The notes: generated by a model from the sequence alone, not told the origin. DNA of 64,000 bases from an uncultured Chloroflexia bacterium (GCA_963728205.1 CAVSIV010000001.1:672001-736000); one strand, 5' to 3'. Counted from the first letter of the stretch, positions 37,563-54,616 are shown. Numbers and translations: made by a program.

Positions 37563-39609
37563 CGCCGCCCTCCGCGACCTCCGTCGACAGCGACGCGGAG
37601 GGTGACATCGAAGCTCTCCCCGGCGCCGAGGCTGAGCGGCCAGGTGAGCAGACAGGCGAGTGCCTGCGGCGTGCGTTCGAGCCCGCGTTCCGACTGCGAC
37701 ACGGTGGAGACCGGCCGCATGTCGACGTCGACCGGGGCCGAGCTCTCGATGTGCACCGCGACGTCTGGACCCTCGAGCGCGACGCTCGCGCTCAGGACGT
37801 TGCGCGCCGCGCCGCCGCGGCGCAGGTCGATGTCGCGCGCGCCGGCCGTCGCCCGGCCGCGCGTGACCTGCTGGAAGTACACGCCGAAGTTGAGCTCGAC
37901 GCCGAAGCGCGCGGCGACGTGGCCGTCATCGGCGGTCACGCGGTAGCGCACGTCGACGACGCCGCCCTTCGGCGCGAGGTCGATCTGCTTGCGCACGCGC
38001 GCGGTGCCGCCGGGTGCCGCGGCGGTGCGCTCGAGGACGGCGCGCGCGCCGGCGCCCTCGGCGCGCGGGGCGCGGCGCGCGGTCAGCGTGTACGGGCGCC
38101 CGGCGAAGTCGCCGCGGTCGTCGATCTCGGCGCGGCGCGAGGGCGGGCCGCCGGCAGGGAGGAAGCGGTCGATCAGCATCGCGCGGCGGCCGTGGTCGTA
38201 CGGCGGCGCCTCGCGGCCGGACGGGTGGTACGCCTCGGGGCGCCGCGCCAGCGTGTCGCCGAGGTTGATCTCGCGCGAGCGGTCGGACAGCTCGACGAGC
38301 GCGCCGCCCTCCTGTGGGTCGACGACCAGCGTGAGTGTGTCGTTGGCGAGCACGGCCTCGTCGTGGCCGTCGGCGTCGAGGTCGAACACGCGCACGGCGC
38401 GCGGGCGCTCGCCCAGCCGCGCGAGCTGGTGCTCGGCGCGCAGCAGCGAACGCCACGGGTCGCGGCGCAGCAGCGGCAGGTACGTGCCGCCGAACCAGCC
38501 GTGCCAGTACGAGTCGTTCGCCTGCGCCCGCCACAGCGCGCGCACGGCGGGGGGGAGGTCGCGGTCGCGCGCGGTGTCGGACAGCGGCGAGCGCCCGAGG
38601 CGGGCGGCGACGCGACGGCTGACGTCGAGCATGCGCTTGTGGAGGTGGTTCGCCTCGGGGTACTTCGCGAGGAACTGGAAGTAGACGCCGGACCGCATGA
38701 ACGGCGCGGTGGCCTCGAGGAGTCGCGCGCGGCGCAGGCGCTCCTGCACGCGCGCGAGCTCGCGCTGTCGGCCCGGCGGCAGCGACCACGCGAGCATCTC
38801 GGGGTAGGAGCCGTCGGGGAGGTAGACGCGGTCGACCGGCGGGGTCGCCGCGACGGCCTCGCCGAGCGGCACGAGCTCGACCGCGTCGCCCAGCTTCGCG
38901 AGTTCGCGGTAGAAGCGCCGCAGCCAGCCGCCCTGGATCACGGAGCGGTACGTCCCCGGCCACATGCCGAACTTCTCCATGTCGTCACCGAAGACCGCGA
39001 GCTGAACGCCGGCGTCGACCATGCGGCGGATCTCGGCGATCACCTCGCGTACGGGGCGCCAGGGGATCGTCATGCGCAGCGTCTCGGAGCCCGGCGCGAT
39101 CGTCAGCGTCTCGCCGAGGTACTCGGTCGTGAACGGGCCGGTGAGGTCGCTCGACGCGAGGCCGGCGGAGAGGAAGTGGCGCTCGTCGAGCGTCACGGTG
39201 TCGATGCCGCCGGCGCGCAGCGCGCGCACCATCGACGGCTCCCACACGCGCTCGGTGAGCCAGCCGGTATGCGTGTCCGCGCCGAAGAGGCGGCGGAGCA
39301 GCGCGCGGTGGGCGCGGAGCTGGCCCGCGCGGTCGTGCGGCGGCAGCAGGGCGAGCACCGGCTCGTACAGGCCGGCCGCGACCGGCTCCACCTGGCCCCG
39401 CTCCACCAGTCGACGCACCTGCGCGACGCGCTCCGGTGCGTTCGCCTCCAGCCACTCGAGCAGGCTCCCCGAGAAGTGCAGCGACATGCGCACGTGCGGG
39501 TGCTCCTCGAGCAGGTCGAGGAACGGCCCGTAGCAACGATCGACGCCCTCGTGGAAGACGGAGTCGAAGTTGCCCGGCGGCTGGTGCGCGTGGACGACGA
39601 GGCTCAGCC

Positions 39610-39613
<4 letters not shown>
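37559..39613 (-). CDS. GH57 alpha-amylase / 4-alpha-glucanotransferase
   Basis: [38 protein letters not shown]. Confidence 0.88.
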
Positions 39614-41600
<1,987 letters not shown>

Positions 41601-41604
<4 letters not shown>

Positions 41605-44600
41605 GGGGCCTCCCCTTCCAGGCTCTGGAGGATCGCCGCGACGCCCTGCAGCGGTATGGCCACCCAGTCCGGGCGGTGATCGAGCTCGTACTCGAGCTCG
41701 TGGAGCGCCTTGTCGAGCAGGTAGAGCGACAGCAGGCCGTGGCGGACGTCCGGTTCCGCCGGGACGAACGCGGCGCCGCTCGCGGTCTCGAAGTAGCCGT
41801 CGAGGAAGCGCTCGGTCGCCCGGCGCTCCCACCACCGCGCCCACGGGCGGTCGCGCTCGAGCACGGACGTGGCGTCGGGCAGGGTCGCGACGTGCGCGCG
41901 GAGCGCGAACAGCGCGGCGTACTGGAACGAGCGGAGCATGCCGGCGACGTCGATGAAGACGCACGCCTTCTCGCGGCGCTCCGCGAGCGGCAGGCCAACC
42001 TCGCCCTCGAAGTCGACGATCGTGAAGTCGCCGCGGCCCCACAGCAGCTGCCCGAGGTGGTAGTCGCCGTGGCAGCGGATCTTCACGAGGCCCTCGGCGG
42101 CGGCCACCGCCGGCGCGAGCCAGGCGGCGACCTGCGGCATGGCGTCGAGGATGGCGTGCGCCTGCTGGGCGCCGGGCGTCTCGGCGCGCGCCATGCGCCG
42201 CAGGGCCGGCGCGAGGTGGCGCAGGCGGCGACGCACGCGGTCGAGCACGGCGTCGGCGTCGGCGCGCGCGAAGCGCTCCGGCGCGAAGGCGACGTCGCCG
42301 CGCGCGTCGGCGAGCGCGAGGTGCAGCTCGGCGGTGCGCACGCCGAGCACGCGCGCGGACTCCGCGTAGATCGGGTCGGGGCGCGCGTCCTCCGCGATCT
42401 CGTCGAACGGCGTCGCGCCCTCCTCCTCGAGGAAGAGCCGCACCTCGTCGACGGTGTAGGTCCAGCCATCGGTCTGGCTCCACACGAACTCCTGCAGCGT
42501 CGCGAGCGCGGCGGGCTCGGCCGGCGCGGCGGCGCCGCGGGCGGCGGCCGGCACGTAGTGCAGCGCGCCGGCGAAGCGTGGCGAGCGCTCGAACTCGACC
42601 CGCTCGGTGAGGTGACGGCTGATCTCGATCTCCGGGTGCACGCCGGGCTCGACGTGCCGGATCAGCTTCAGGATGAGCTGGGTGTCGAAGCGGACCGACG
42701 TGTTGCTCTGCTCCGCGCTCAGCGGGTGCACGCTCGGCGGGTCCTCGAGCGCGTCGTACATCTCGGGCAGCGCGGAGCTCGTCTCCGCGGTCAGCGTGCC
42801 GCGCGCTCCGTCCACGGCGCGCCCGCGCCGGAACGTCTCGAGCAGCGCCAGCGCGACCTCGCTCGACGCCATCCCGTCAAACACGACGCCGCGCCCGCGC
42901 GAGCCGTCGAGCCGCGCGACCACGGCGCCCGGCGTCGCCTCCAGCACGCCGCGCGCGGCGCGCCCGAGTGCGACCGCCACGGGCAGCGCGTAGGTGACCG
43001 CGTCGCGCCCCACCAGCTGTACGTCGACGATCGCGAGCCACGCCGGCAGCGCGCCGCCGCGCAGCGGCAGCAGGTCGCGGATCGTCGTGCGCTCGATCGT
43101 CGCGTCCTTCGCCCCGAACCAGCGCTGCGCCGGGAGGAACTGGCGGAAGCAGCTCGGACTCCAGCCGGCGGCGCGACGCGCCTTCGAACAGCTCGCTCCA
43201 GTCGCCGTCGACCGACAGGAGCGGGCGCAGCTGCGAGGCGCTCGCCGCCGGCTCCGGCTGGCGTACGAGGTCGAACCAGAAGAACGCGTGCGGGCCGAGG
43301 GAGAGGAAGTACGGCGCGTCGCCGATCGGCGGGAAGGTCTGCTTGCCGATCATCTCCATCGGCATCGCGCCGGCGAACGCGGAGAGGTCCAGCTCCACCG
43401 GCTGCACGAAGCGCGAGAGGTTCGCGACGACGAGCACCACCTGCTCTTCGTACGTGCGCAGGAACGCCAGCACGCTGCGGTTCTCGGGCGCGAGGACCTG
43501 GATGTCGCCGCGTCCGAAGACCTGCCGCTCGCGGCGCAGCGCGATCAGCCGCCGCATCCAGTTCAGGAGCGAGGACGGGCTGCGCTCCTGCGCCTCCACG
43601 TTCACGGCCTGGTAGCCGTAGAGCGGATCCATGATCACGGGCAGATAGAGCCGCTGCGGGTCGCTCGCCGAGAAGCCCGCATTGCGGTCGCCGCTCCACT
43701 GCATCGGCGAGCGCACGCCGTCGCGGTCGCCGAGGAAGATGTTGTCGCCCATGCCGATCTCGTCCCCGTAGTACAGGATGGGCGTACCGGGCAACGAGAA
43801 GAGCAGGCTGTTCAGCAGCTCCATGGCGCGGCGGTTGTTGTTGAGCAGCGGGGCGAGGCGCCGTCGGATGCCGACGTTGACGCGCATGCGCGGGTCCGTG
43901 GCGTACGTCTGGTACATGTAGTCGCGCTCTTCGTCGGCCACCATCTCGAGCGTCGAGCTCGTCGTGGTTGCGCAGAAAGAGCGCCCACTGCGTGTTCTCG
44001 GGGATGTCGGGCGTCTGAGCGAGGATGTCGGTGATCGGGTGGCGGTCCTCCTGGTGCAGCGCCATGAACATGCGCGGCATCACCGGGAAGTGGAACGCCA
44101 TGTGGCATTCGTCGCCGTCGCCGAAGTAGGCGCGGACATCGGACGGCCACTGGTTCGCCTCGGCGAGCAGCATGCGGTTCTCGAAGTGCTCGTCGATGTA
44201 GGCGCGCAGCTCCTTGAGCACGGCGTGCGTCTCGGGGAGGTTCTCGTTGTTCGTGCCCTCGCGCTCGCAGAGGTAGGGCACGGCGTCGAGGCGCAGGCCG
44301 TCCACGCCCTTCTCGAACCAGAAGTGCAGCCAGCGCTTCACGGCGCGGCGCACGCGCGGGCTCTCGAAGTTGAGGTCGGGCTGGTGCGTGAAGAAGCGGT
44401 GCCAGTAGTACTGGCCCGCGACGGGATCCCACGTCCAGTTCGACGTCTCGGTGTCGGTGAAGATGATGCGTGTGCCGGCGTACGCCTGGTCGGTGTCGCT
44501 CCACACGTACATGTTGCGGTCGGCCGAGCCGCGCGGCGCGCGGCGCGCGCGCTGGAACCACGGGTGCTGGTCGGACGTGTGGTTGACGACGAGCTCGGTG

Positions 44601-44908
44601 ATCACGCGGATGCCCCGCGCGTGCGCCTCGCGGACGAAGCGCGTGAAGTCGCGCATCGAACCGAACTCGGGATGGATCGAGAGGTAGTCGGAGATGTCAT
44701 AGCCGCCGTCGCGCATCGGCGACGGGTAGAAGGGGAGCAGCCAGACGCAGTTCACGCCCAGGCCGGAGAGGTAGTCGAGCTTCTCGGTCAGCCCCCGAAA
44801 GTCGCCCATGCCGTTGCCGTCGCTGTCGCGGAACGAGCGGACGTACACCTCGTAGATGATCGCGTCCTTGAACCAGAGCGGATCGTCCGTCAGCCCGGGT
44901 TCAGTCAC
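41601..44908 (-). CDS. treS: Trehalose synthase-maltokinase fusion (frameshifts near 43950 and 43140)
   Basis: [41 protein letters not shown]; C-terminal [27 protein letters not shown]. Confidence 0.88.
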
Positions 44909-46992
44909 TGGTATGCCTCGCTCCTCCGCTCGGTGCCGACCCGCCCCTCGAAGACCATCACGTGCGCCGGCTGCACCGCCGGGTCCAGGCGCACGAAGTT
45001 CCACTCACCACGCCACATGAAGCGCTCGCCGCCGAGGAGGTCGTGGACGACGAAGGGCTCGTCCGCGCCGAGCCCGAGCTCGCCGAGCGGCAGCCCCACC
45101 CAGCCCTCCTGGGGCGAACGCGGATCGAGGTTCACCACCACGAGCACGTGCCGATGTCCGGCCGCGTCAGCGCCGGGCTCGCGCGCCTCCGCGTCCCCGG
45201 CATCAGGGCGATCCGTGTCGCCCGGGGCGTCGCGCCGCGCAGGGGGCTTGATGAACGCGAGGATCTGGGCATTGTCGATCGGCAGGAACCACGGGCGCTC
45301 GCCGTCCTGCAGCGCCGCCAGCTCACGGCGCAGCGCGTTGAGCCGCGCGACCTCGGCCTTGATGTTGCCGGGCGCGTCCCAGTCGCGCGGCTTCACCTGG
45401 TACTTGTCCGAGTCCCGGTACTCCTCGGTGCCCGGGACGGCGTCGTGCTCCACGAGCTCGAAGCCGCTGTAGATCCCGTAGGTGGGCCCGAGGGTAGCCG
45501 CGAGCACGAGCCGCACGAGGAAGGCCGGGCGGCCGCCGAGCTGCAGGTACTCGTGCAGGATGTCCGGCGTGTTCGCGAAGAGGTTCGAGCGCAGGAAGTC
45601 GCTGAGCGGCGGCGTGCCGAGCTCCGTGAAGAACTCCGTGAGCTCCTGCTTCGTGTTGCGCCACGTGAAGTAGCCGTACGACTGCGTGAAGCCGAGCTTC
45701 GCGAGCGCGTTGAGCTTCTTCGGCCGCGTGAACGCCTCGGCCAGGAAGATCACCTCGGGGTGCTCGCGATGCACGCCCTCGATCAGCCACTCCCAGAACG
45801 CGAACTGCTTCGTGTGGGGGTTGTCGACGCGGAAGATCGCGACGCCGTGCTCCACCCAGAAGTCGACGACGCGTCGCAACGCGAGCCAGAGCTCGCGCCA
45901 CGCCTCCGTCTCGAAGTTGAGCGGGTAGATGTCCTGGTATTGCTTCGGCGGATTCTCCGCGTACTTGATGGTGCCGTCCGGGCGGTGGCGGAACCACTCC
46001 GGATGCTCGCGCACCCACGGATGGTCCGGCGAGCACTGGTAGGCGAGGTCGAGCGCGATCTCGAGTCCGTGTCGGCGCGCCTCCTCGACAAACCAGTCGA
46101 AGTCCGCGAGCGAGCCGAGATCGGGGTTCACCGCGAGGTGGCCGCCGGCCTCCGAACCGATCGCCCACGGGCTCCCGGGGTCGTCGGGACCGGCGTGCAG
46201 CGCGTTGTTCGGGCCCTTGCGCTCGGTGTGGCCGATCGGATGGATCGGCGGGAGGTAGAGGACATCGAAGCCCATGCCGGCGATGTCCGGCAGGCGCCCG
46301 GCGGCCTCGCGGAACGTCGCGCTGCGCGAGGGGTCGTGGCCCGCGGAACGGGGGAACATCTCGTACCAGGCGCCGAAGCGTGCACGCTCGCGGTCGACCC
46401 ACAGCTCCAGCTCGTGCGCGTAGCGTGCAGCGTTCGCGCGGTCGGGTGCGGCGGCGACGCGCGCGGCGAGCTCGGCGTCGAGCGCGACCCGCACGCGGTC
46501 GTCCTGCTCCATCGACGTGCTGGCGATCCAGGTGGCGGAAAGGCGCAGCTCGGTGGCGAGGTCCGCGTCGCCGGCGACAGTCGCGCGCGCGGCGGCCTCC
46601 TCGACGATCGCCGCGCCCTCGAACAGTTCCGACCGCACGTCCCAGCCGGCGTCGACGCGCTTGCGCAGGTCGGTGGCCCACGTGGCGAACCGATCGATCC
46701 ACGCCTCCACGGTGTAGCGGTACACGCCCAGGCGCTCGACGCGGAACGCCCCGTCCCATTCGTCGTTGCCGCGGTCGCGCAGGGGGGTCTCCGACCAGCC
46801 GTCGTCTCCGCCATGGCAGTAGCGGAGGCGCGCGTCGATGGCGTCGTGGCCGTCGGCGAAGACGTGGGCGCGCACGGTGACGACGTCGCCGATGGTGCGC
46901 TTCACGCGATAGCGGCCGGCGTCGATCTCGGGGAAGACGGCGTCGACGACGACGCGCGGCGGACGGGCGTGGGGCGGTTCGGCAGCGGGCAT
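44905..46992 (-). CDS. glgE: Alpha-1,4-glucan:maltose-1-phosphate maltosyltransferase
   Basis: [48 protein letters not shown]. Confidence 0.94.
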   Translation of the reverse strand: MPAAEPPHARPPRVVVDAVFPEIDAGRYRVKRTIGDVVTVRAHVFADGHDAIDARLRYCHGGDDGWSETPLRDRGNDEWDGAFRVERLGVYRYTVEAWIDRFATWATDLRKRVDAGWDVRSELFEGAAIVEEAAARATVAGDADLATELRLSATWIASTSMEQDDRVRVALDAELAARVAAAPDRANAARYAHELELWVDRERARFGAWYEMFPRSAGHDPSRSATFREAAGRLPDIAGMGFDVLYLPPIHPIGHTERKGPNNALHAGPDDPGSPWAIGSEAGGHLAVNPDLGSLADFDWFVEEARRHGLEIALDLAYQCSPDHPWVREHPEWFRHRPDGTIKYAENPPKQYQDIYPLNFETEAWRELWLALRRVVDFWVEHGVAIFRVDNPHTKQFAFWEWLIEGVHREHPEVIFLAEAFTRPKKLNALAKLGFTQSYGYFTWRNTKQELTEFFTELGTPPLSDFLRSNLFANTPDILHEYLQLGGRPAFLVRLVLAATLGPTYGIYSGFELVEHDAVPGTEEYRDSDKYQVKPRDWDAPGNIKAEVARLNALRRELAALQDGERPWFLPIDNAQILAFIKPPARRDAPGDTDRPDAGDAEAREPGADAAGHRHVLVVVNLDPRSPQEGWVGLPLGELGLGADEPFVVHDLLGGERFMWRGEWNFVRLDPAVQPAHVMVFEGRVGTERRSEAYQ

Positions 46993-47008
46993 GCGGCTCA
47001 CAACGCGA

Positions 47009-49144
<2,136 letters not shown>

Positions 49145-49549
49145 ACCATTCCACGCGGTGCCGCGGGCCGGTTGGCACTCGCGGGTCGTCTTCAGCATAC
49201 GTGGCGCGCGGACGCGCAGACGTCGACGGAGTCGCCGTCGCCCTCGTGCCCGGTCGCCGCAATGATTCTGCAATCATCGAATGCGCCGCAGGCGGCTCAT
49301 GAAACGAATTCGTACACGGAATTTAAACCAACCGAAATCAGGGGCCTCAACCACCCGTGGTATGATTCCCGCAGTTGGACGGTCGAGATGCTCTCCCGAG
49401 CAACGTGTTCGCCCCCGTCCATTTGCGAAGCGTCGGCTGCCAGCAGGGCAGAATTCGGGCGCTTCACGTACGCAGAGGGAACAGGTGTTCGTCAACGCCG
49501 ATTGGGCCTCGACTCTGCACGTCCGTTGCGGGTCGAAGGAAGGTTCAGC

Positions 49550-50917
49550 GTGTCCGACCAGCGGCTCGTGATCGTGTCGAACCGCGTGCCGCCGCCGCCG
49601 GCGGACGACGGTCCGTGGCCGGCCGGCGGGCTCGTCTCGGCGCTGCTCCCGGCGCTCCTGCGTCGCGGCAATACGATGTGGTTCGGCTGGAGCGGCCAGA
49701 CGGGGGACCCGTTCGGGCCGCTGCATTCCGCGAGCGCCCAGGGCATCGAGTTCCGCACGCTGGACCTCTCGGAGGACCAGGTCGAGCAGTACTACGGTGG
49801 CTTCTGCAACCGTGTGCTCTGGCCCGCGCTGCACGGTCTCGGCGGCGAGGACGTCTCCACCCCCACCTATTTCGACACCTATCGCTCCGTGAATCGCCGG
49901 TTCGCGGCATCGCTCACCCCGCAGCTGCGCCCGGACGACCTCGTCTGGGTGCACGACTACCACCTCTTCCCGCTCGGCCAGGAGCTGCGGCGCCTCGGCT
50001 GGACGGGCCCGCTCGGCTACTTCCACCACACGCCGATCCCCGACGCGGACGGCTGGTCCGACATCCCGCACTCTGATCGCATCGGCGGCTGCCTCGACGC
50101 GTACGACCTCGTCGGCGTGCAGACCACGCGCGACGCGGTGCACCTCAGCGGCATCGTCGGCCCGCGCGGCCGCTTCCGCATCGGCGTGTACCCCGCCGCC
50201 ATCGATCCGGACCGCTTCCGCGCGCTGGCGCGGAACTACCGCGCGAACCCGCTACACCGCGCGCGCGACGAGCGCCTGGTGATGATGGGCGTCGACCGCC
50301 TCGACTACACGAAGGGCATCCTCGAGCGGATCAAGGCGTTCGGGCGACTGCTCATCGACGACCCGACGATCGCCGAGCGCGTGCGCTTCGTGCAGTGGGC
50401 GGCCCCGTCGCGCTCCGACGTGCCCGAGTACCAGGCGTACCGGCGCGAGGTGGAGGCGGCGGTGCGCCGCATCAACGAGCGGTTCGGCGACCTGAAGCCG
50501 GTGCAGCTCGAGGTCGCTCCGCACACCCCGGAGGAGGTGGCTGCAGCGCTGCGGTCCGCCGACATCTGCCTGATCACGTCGATCGCCGACGGCATGAACC
50601 TCGTCGCCAAGGAGTTCGCGGCGGTGCACTCGCCGGCGGACCCGGGGGTGCTCATCCTCTCCGACACGTGCGGCGCCTCCGAGCAGCTGAGCGACGCGCT
50701 CCCCGTGCGCGCGAACGACGTCGCGTCCATCAGCGACGCGATCCGACGCGCGATCGAGATGCCGTTCGACGAGCGCGCCGCCCGCGCGCGCCGGCTGCGC
50801 CGCACCGTGGACACCTTCACGACCGCGGAGTGGCTCAATCGCTTCGAGCACGACCTGCAGGTGGCCGCGCGCGAGAGCGCAACGGCCGGGTACGGCGCGG
50901 AGCTCGTCGCGAGCTAG
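49550..50917 (+). CDS. otsA: Trehalose-6-phosphate synthase
   Basis: VSNRVP, GGL, WVHDYHL, VDRLDYTKG, DGMNLVAKEF. Confidence 0.9.
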   Translation: MSDQRLVIVSNRVPPPPADDGPWPAGGLVSALLPALLRRGNTMWFGWSGQTGDPFGPLHSASAQGIEFRTLDLSEDQVEQYYGGFCNRVLWPALHGLGGEDVSTPTYFDTYRSVNRRFAASLTPQLRPDDLVWVHDYHLFPLGQELRRLGWTGPLGYFHHTPIPDADGWSDIPHSDRIGGCLDAYDLVGVQTTRDAVHLSGIVGPRGRFRIGVYPAAIDPDRFRALARNYRANPLHRARDERLVMMGVDRLDYTKGILERIKAFGRLLIDDPTIAERVRFVQWAAPSRSDVPEYQAYRREVEAAVRRINERFGDLKPVQLEVAPHTPEEVAAALRSADICLITSIADGMNLVAKEFAAVHSPADPGVLILSDTCGASEQLSDALPVRANDVASISDAIRRAIEMPFDERAARARRLRRTVDTFTTAEWLNRFEHDLQVAARESATAGYGAELVAS

Positions 50918-50920
50918 TCG

Positions 50921-51020
50921 GTGGTTCGACTGCGCTCACCACGATCGTTCGACTGCGCTCACCACGAACGGGACGCCGCGGGGTCTCCTCCCGCGACCGT
51001 GCGCGGCGAGCGCAGTCGGA
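50921..51020. repeat. REP/MITE-like element, family A copy 3 (left arm duplicated)
   Basis: GTTCGACTGCGCTCACCACGA twice in tandem, then a degenerate inverted arm GAGCGCAGTCGG. Confidence 0.75.
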
Positions 51021-51023
51021 GCG

Positions 51024-52937
51024 TCAGTCCTGCTCGTGCGCGGCGCGCGAGAGGTGGACCGCCGCGTTGATCATGGACAGGTGACTGAACGCCTGCGGGA
51101 AGTTCCCCAGCATCCCGTCGTCGACGTCGGTCTCCTCGCTGTACAGCCCGAGGTCGTTCGCGACGGCCATCGCGCGGCAGAACAGGTCGCGTGCCTCGTC
51201 GATTTCGCCGAGCTCGACGAGGTTGTCGCATAGCCAGAACGTGCAGATCGTGAACGTCCCCTCGTCGCCGCCGACGCCGTCGTCGAGGTTGCGGTAGCGG
51301 TAGACAAAGCCCTGGTCGTTCGTAAGGTCGCGCTTGATGACCTCGATGGTCGACCGCATCTTCGGGTCGTTCGCGTCGATGAAGCGGAACAGCGGCAGCA
51401 TCAGCACCGACGCATCGAGCGCGTCGCTGCCGTATGCCTGTGTGAACGCGCCGATGCGCTCGTTGAACCCCTGCGCGAGCACGTCCACGCGGATCTCGTC
51501 ACGGACCCGCCGCCAGCGTTCGACGTCGCCGGGCAGACCCGTCTCCTCGACGGCGCTGACGGCACGGTCGAGCGCCACCCAGCACATGGCCTTCGAGAAG
51601 ACGAAGTGCTGGCGGTCGCCGCGCGACTCCCAGACGCCGTCGTCGGGCTCGCGCCAGTGGTCGATCACGAAGTCGACCACGCCGCGCAGGAACTCCCAGT
51701 ACTCGGGATCGACCTCGTTGCCGAGCCGCCGGTAGAGGTGTGCTGAGTCCATCAGCTCGCCGTAGATGTCGAGCTGAAACTGGCCCTGCGCGCCGTTGCC
51801 GATGCGGACGGGGCGCGAGTCGCGATAGCCGCGCAGCGGCAGCTCCTGCTCCGTGAGCCGGTGCTCGCCGCCGAGGCCGTACATGACGCGCAGCTCGGCC
51901 GGGTGGCCGGCGGTGCTCCACTCGAGCCATTCCTTGAACGTGGCGGCCTCGCGGTGCAGCCCGACGATCGAGAGCGCGTAGACGGCGAACGCGGCGTCGC
52001 GGATCCAGGTGAAGCGGTAGTCCCAGTTGCGCGGCCCGCCGATGTGCTCGGGCAGCGAGGTGGTGGGCGCCGCGACGAGCGCTCCCGTCGGGGCGTGCGA
52101 GAGCGCCTTCAGCGTCAGCGCCAATCGCAGGACCTGGTCCGCGAACTCGCCCTCGTAGTCGAAGGTCGACGCCCACTTCTCCCAGAAGTCGGTGGTGTCC
52201 GCGAGCAGTCGGTCGAAGGCGTGCTCGGTGACGTCCTCGGCGCGATGCCCGAACCGCGACTCGTAGGAGACGGCGGCGGTCATCCACTTGCCCTCGGCCA
52301 GGCGCGCCTCGCCGACGTAGCCGTCGCCCTCGATGCGCAGCGGCGCGGAGCAATAGAGTGCGATGGCGTCGGCGCCGCCGTGCGCGAAGCCGTTGTGCTC
52401 GTCGACGAGCGCCACGTGCGGGCGGATCGACCCGTAGTCGAAGCGGGGCTGGCAGTCGAGCCGCACGTCGACGGAGCCCTCGACGCACTCGAGGATGCGC
52501 GCGACGAGGTGCGACGTTTGCACCGACTTCGGTTGCGCCGGATCGGACTCCGGTTCGATCGCCATGAAGTCGGTGAGCCGTGCGACGCCGGAGTTCGTCT
52601 CGAAGGTCGTCTCGAGGACGTTAGTGCGCGGGAGGTAGCGGCGGGTGACGTTGCGGATGCCGACCGGCGTGATCGCGAAGTGGCCGCCACGGCCCCAGTC
52701 GATGATGCGTCCGAACACCGATGCGCTGTCGAAGCGGGGGAAGCACAGCCAATCAATCGAGCCGGCGCGCGAAACGAGTGCGCAGGAGTGGGTGTCGCCG
52801 ATCAGGCCGTAGTCGGCGATCGGGGGGTAGTCCTGCTCGGGCTCGGCGGACGGCGCCGCCGGGCCCTTGCCGCCGCCGACCGCCTCATGGTCCTCTGCCG
52901 GCGCGTCGTGGCCGGTGTGGGGTGGTGTGTCGGGCAT
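51024..52937 (-). CDS. Glycoside hydrolase family 15 (trehalase/glucoamylase-like)
   Basis: IADYGLIGD, AAPTTSLPE..GGPRNWDYRFTWIRD, QLDIYGE, LGNFPQAFSH. Confidence 0.92.
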   Translation of the reverse strand: MPDTPPHTGHDAPAEDHEAVGGGKGPAAPSAEPEQDYPPIADYGLIGDTHSCALVSRAGSIDWLCFPRFDSASVFGRIIDWGRGGHFAITPVGIRNVTRRYLPRTNVLETTFETNSGVARLTDFMAIEPESDPAQPKSVQTSHLVARILECVEGSVDVRLDCQPRFDYGSIRPHVALVDEHNGFAHGGADAIALYCSAPLRIEGDGYVGEARLAEGKWMTAAVSYESRFGHRAEDVTEHAFDRLLADTTDFWEKWASTFDYEGEFADQVLRLALTLKALSHAPTGALVAAPTTSLPEHIGGPRNWDYRFTWIRDAAFAVYALSIVGLHREAATFKEWLEWSTAGHPAELRVMYGLGGEHRLTEQELPLRGYRDSRPVRIGNGAQGQFQLDIYGELMDSAHLYRRLGNEVDPEYWEFLRGVVDFVIDHWREPDDGVWESRGDRQHFVFSKAMCWVALDRAVSAVEETGLPGDVERWRRVRDEIRVDVLAQGFNERIGAFTQAYGSDALDASVLMLPLFRFIDANDPKMRSTIEVIKRDLTNDQGFVYRYRNLDDGVGGDEGTFTICTFWLCDNLVELGEIDEARDLFCRAMAVANDLGLYSEETDVDDGMLGNFPQAFSHLSMINAAVHLSRAAHEQD

Positions 52938-53027
52938 CGACTGCTCCCATCGCCGTGAACATCCCCAGTCCAGCCTACGATCTCGTGCGCAAGGCGCCCG
53001 CGGCGGGGGCGGGGGCAGGAGCAGCCA

Positions 53028-54449
53028 ATGGCGGAGCACGCCACGAAGATCGTCGCGACGCTGGGGCCGGCGTCGGCGGACGCCGAGACGCTGCGCGCGA
53101 TGATCGCGGCAGGGCTCGACGTGGCGCGCGTGAACTTCTCGCACGCGGACCACGACACGGCGCGCGAGTGGGTGGCGCGGCTGCGGGCACTCGCTGCCGA
53201 GGCGGGGCGGCCGCTCGCGATCCTCGGCGACCTCCAGGGACCGAAGGTGCGGCTCGGCCCGCTCGACGCACCCCTCGACCTCGCCGCGGGCGCGCGGCTG
53301 ACGCTCGCCGTGGCACCCGGTCACGCCGGGCCGGACGTCGTGTCGTGCGACTACCCCGGCCTCCCCGGCGCGGTCGCGGTCGGCGGCCGCGTCTACCTGC
53401 GCGACGGCACGCTGGAGCTCGAGGTCACGGCCACCGGCGCGGCGGGCATCGACACGCGGGTGCTGCGGGGTGGCCGGCTGAGCGGGCACGACGGCGTGAA
53501 CCTGCCGGGCGCGCACGTCGACCTGCCGGCGCTCAGCGCGCAGGACCGCGACGACCTGCGCTTCGCCGCCGAGCAGGGGATGGACTACGTCGCGCTTTCG
53601 TTCGTGCGACGACCGCAGGACGTGCGCGACGCGCGCGCCGTGCTGGATGAGCTGGGGATGGATGCGGGGCTGATCGCGAAGATCGAGACACGGCGGGCGC
53701 TGGAGACGCTGGACGGGGTGCTCGACGCGGCGGACGGCGTGATGGTCGCGCGCGGGGACCTGGCGGTGGAGGTCGGGCCGGAGCTCGTGCCGGTGTGGCA
53801 GCGGCGGATCATCGCCGCGGCGCGGCGGCGGCTGATCCCGGCGATCGTCGCCACCGAGATGCTCGAGAGCATGCGCGAGCGTGCGACGCCGACGCGCGCG
53901 GAGGCGAGCGATGTGGCGCACGCCGTGTGGGACGGCGCCGACGCCGTGATGCTGTCCGCGGAGAGCGCGGTGGGCCGGCACCCCGTGGAGGCGGTCGCGA
54001 TGATGGACCGCATTCTGCGCGAGGCCGAGTCGGTCGACACGGGTGGGATGCCGTCTCATGCCGGGGGCTCGCCCGGGTCGGAGGCGGCCGATCACGCGAT
54101 TGGGGTGGCGGTGGGGCAGATCCTGGCCGGCGACCACGCCGTGCGGGGCGTCGTCGCGTTCACCGTGAGCGGCTACTCCGCGCGGCTGATCGCGGCGGCG
54201 CACCCGCGCCAGCCGGTGCTGGCGCTGACGCCGGAGCCGCGGGTGCGCGCGCGGCTCGCGCTGGTGCGCGGCGTGACGGCGGTGCGCTGCGAGCCGCCGC
54301 GCGACGAGGCCGAGATGCTCGCGACGGTCGACCGCGAGGCGCGCGCCGCGTTCGACGCGGCGCCGGGCGACACCGTGGTGCTGGTCGGCGCGATGCCCAT
54401 CGGCCGGGGGCACGGGACGAACTTCCTCGCGCTGCACCGGATCGCGTGA
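53028..54449 (+). CDS. pyk: Pyruvate kinase
   Basis: TKIVATLGPAS, DLQGPKVR, AKIE, MVARGDL, ATEMLESM..PTRAEASDVA. Confidence 0.93.
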   Translation: MAEHATKIVATLGPASADAETLRAMIAAGLDVARVNFSHADHDTAREWVARLRALAAEAGRPLAILGDLQGPKVRLGPLDAPLDLAAGARLTLAVAPGHAGPDVVSCDYPGLPGAVAVGGRVYLRDGTLELEVTATGAAGIDTRVLRGGRLSGHDGVNLPGAHVDLPALSAQDRDDLRFAAEQGMDYVALSFVRRPQDVRDARAVLDELGMDAGLIAKIETRRALETLDGVLDAADGVMVARGDLAVEVGPELVPVWQRRIIAAARRRLIPAIVATEMLESMRERATPTRAEASDVAHAVWDGADAVMLSAESAVGRHPVEAVAMMDRILREAESVDTGGMPSHAGGSPGSEAADHAIGVAVGQILAGDHAVRGVVAFTVSGYSARLIAAAHPRQPVLALTPEPRVRARLALVRGVTAVRCEPPRDEAEMLATVDREARAAFDAAPGDTVVLVGAMPIGRGHGTNFLALHRIA

Positions 54450-54616
54450 CGGGCGCGCGGTCCGGGCGAGCCGCAGGTGGGCGGCTGGCATGACGGCACG
54501 CGGCGGGCCTGCCGTGGGTGCGGACGCCTCTGCGCGGCGTGAGGTGGCGGCCCTCCGGGGACGAGAGGGGCCTATTGCACCCGCGGTCAGTGTCCCGGGG
54601 GCGCCGTGCGCGCGTG

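Noticed and set aside
49200-49540. Relatively AT-rich stretch between glgX and otsA as an ncRNA
   Set aside because: No recognisable structure; consistent with a divergent promoter region
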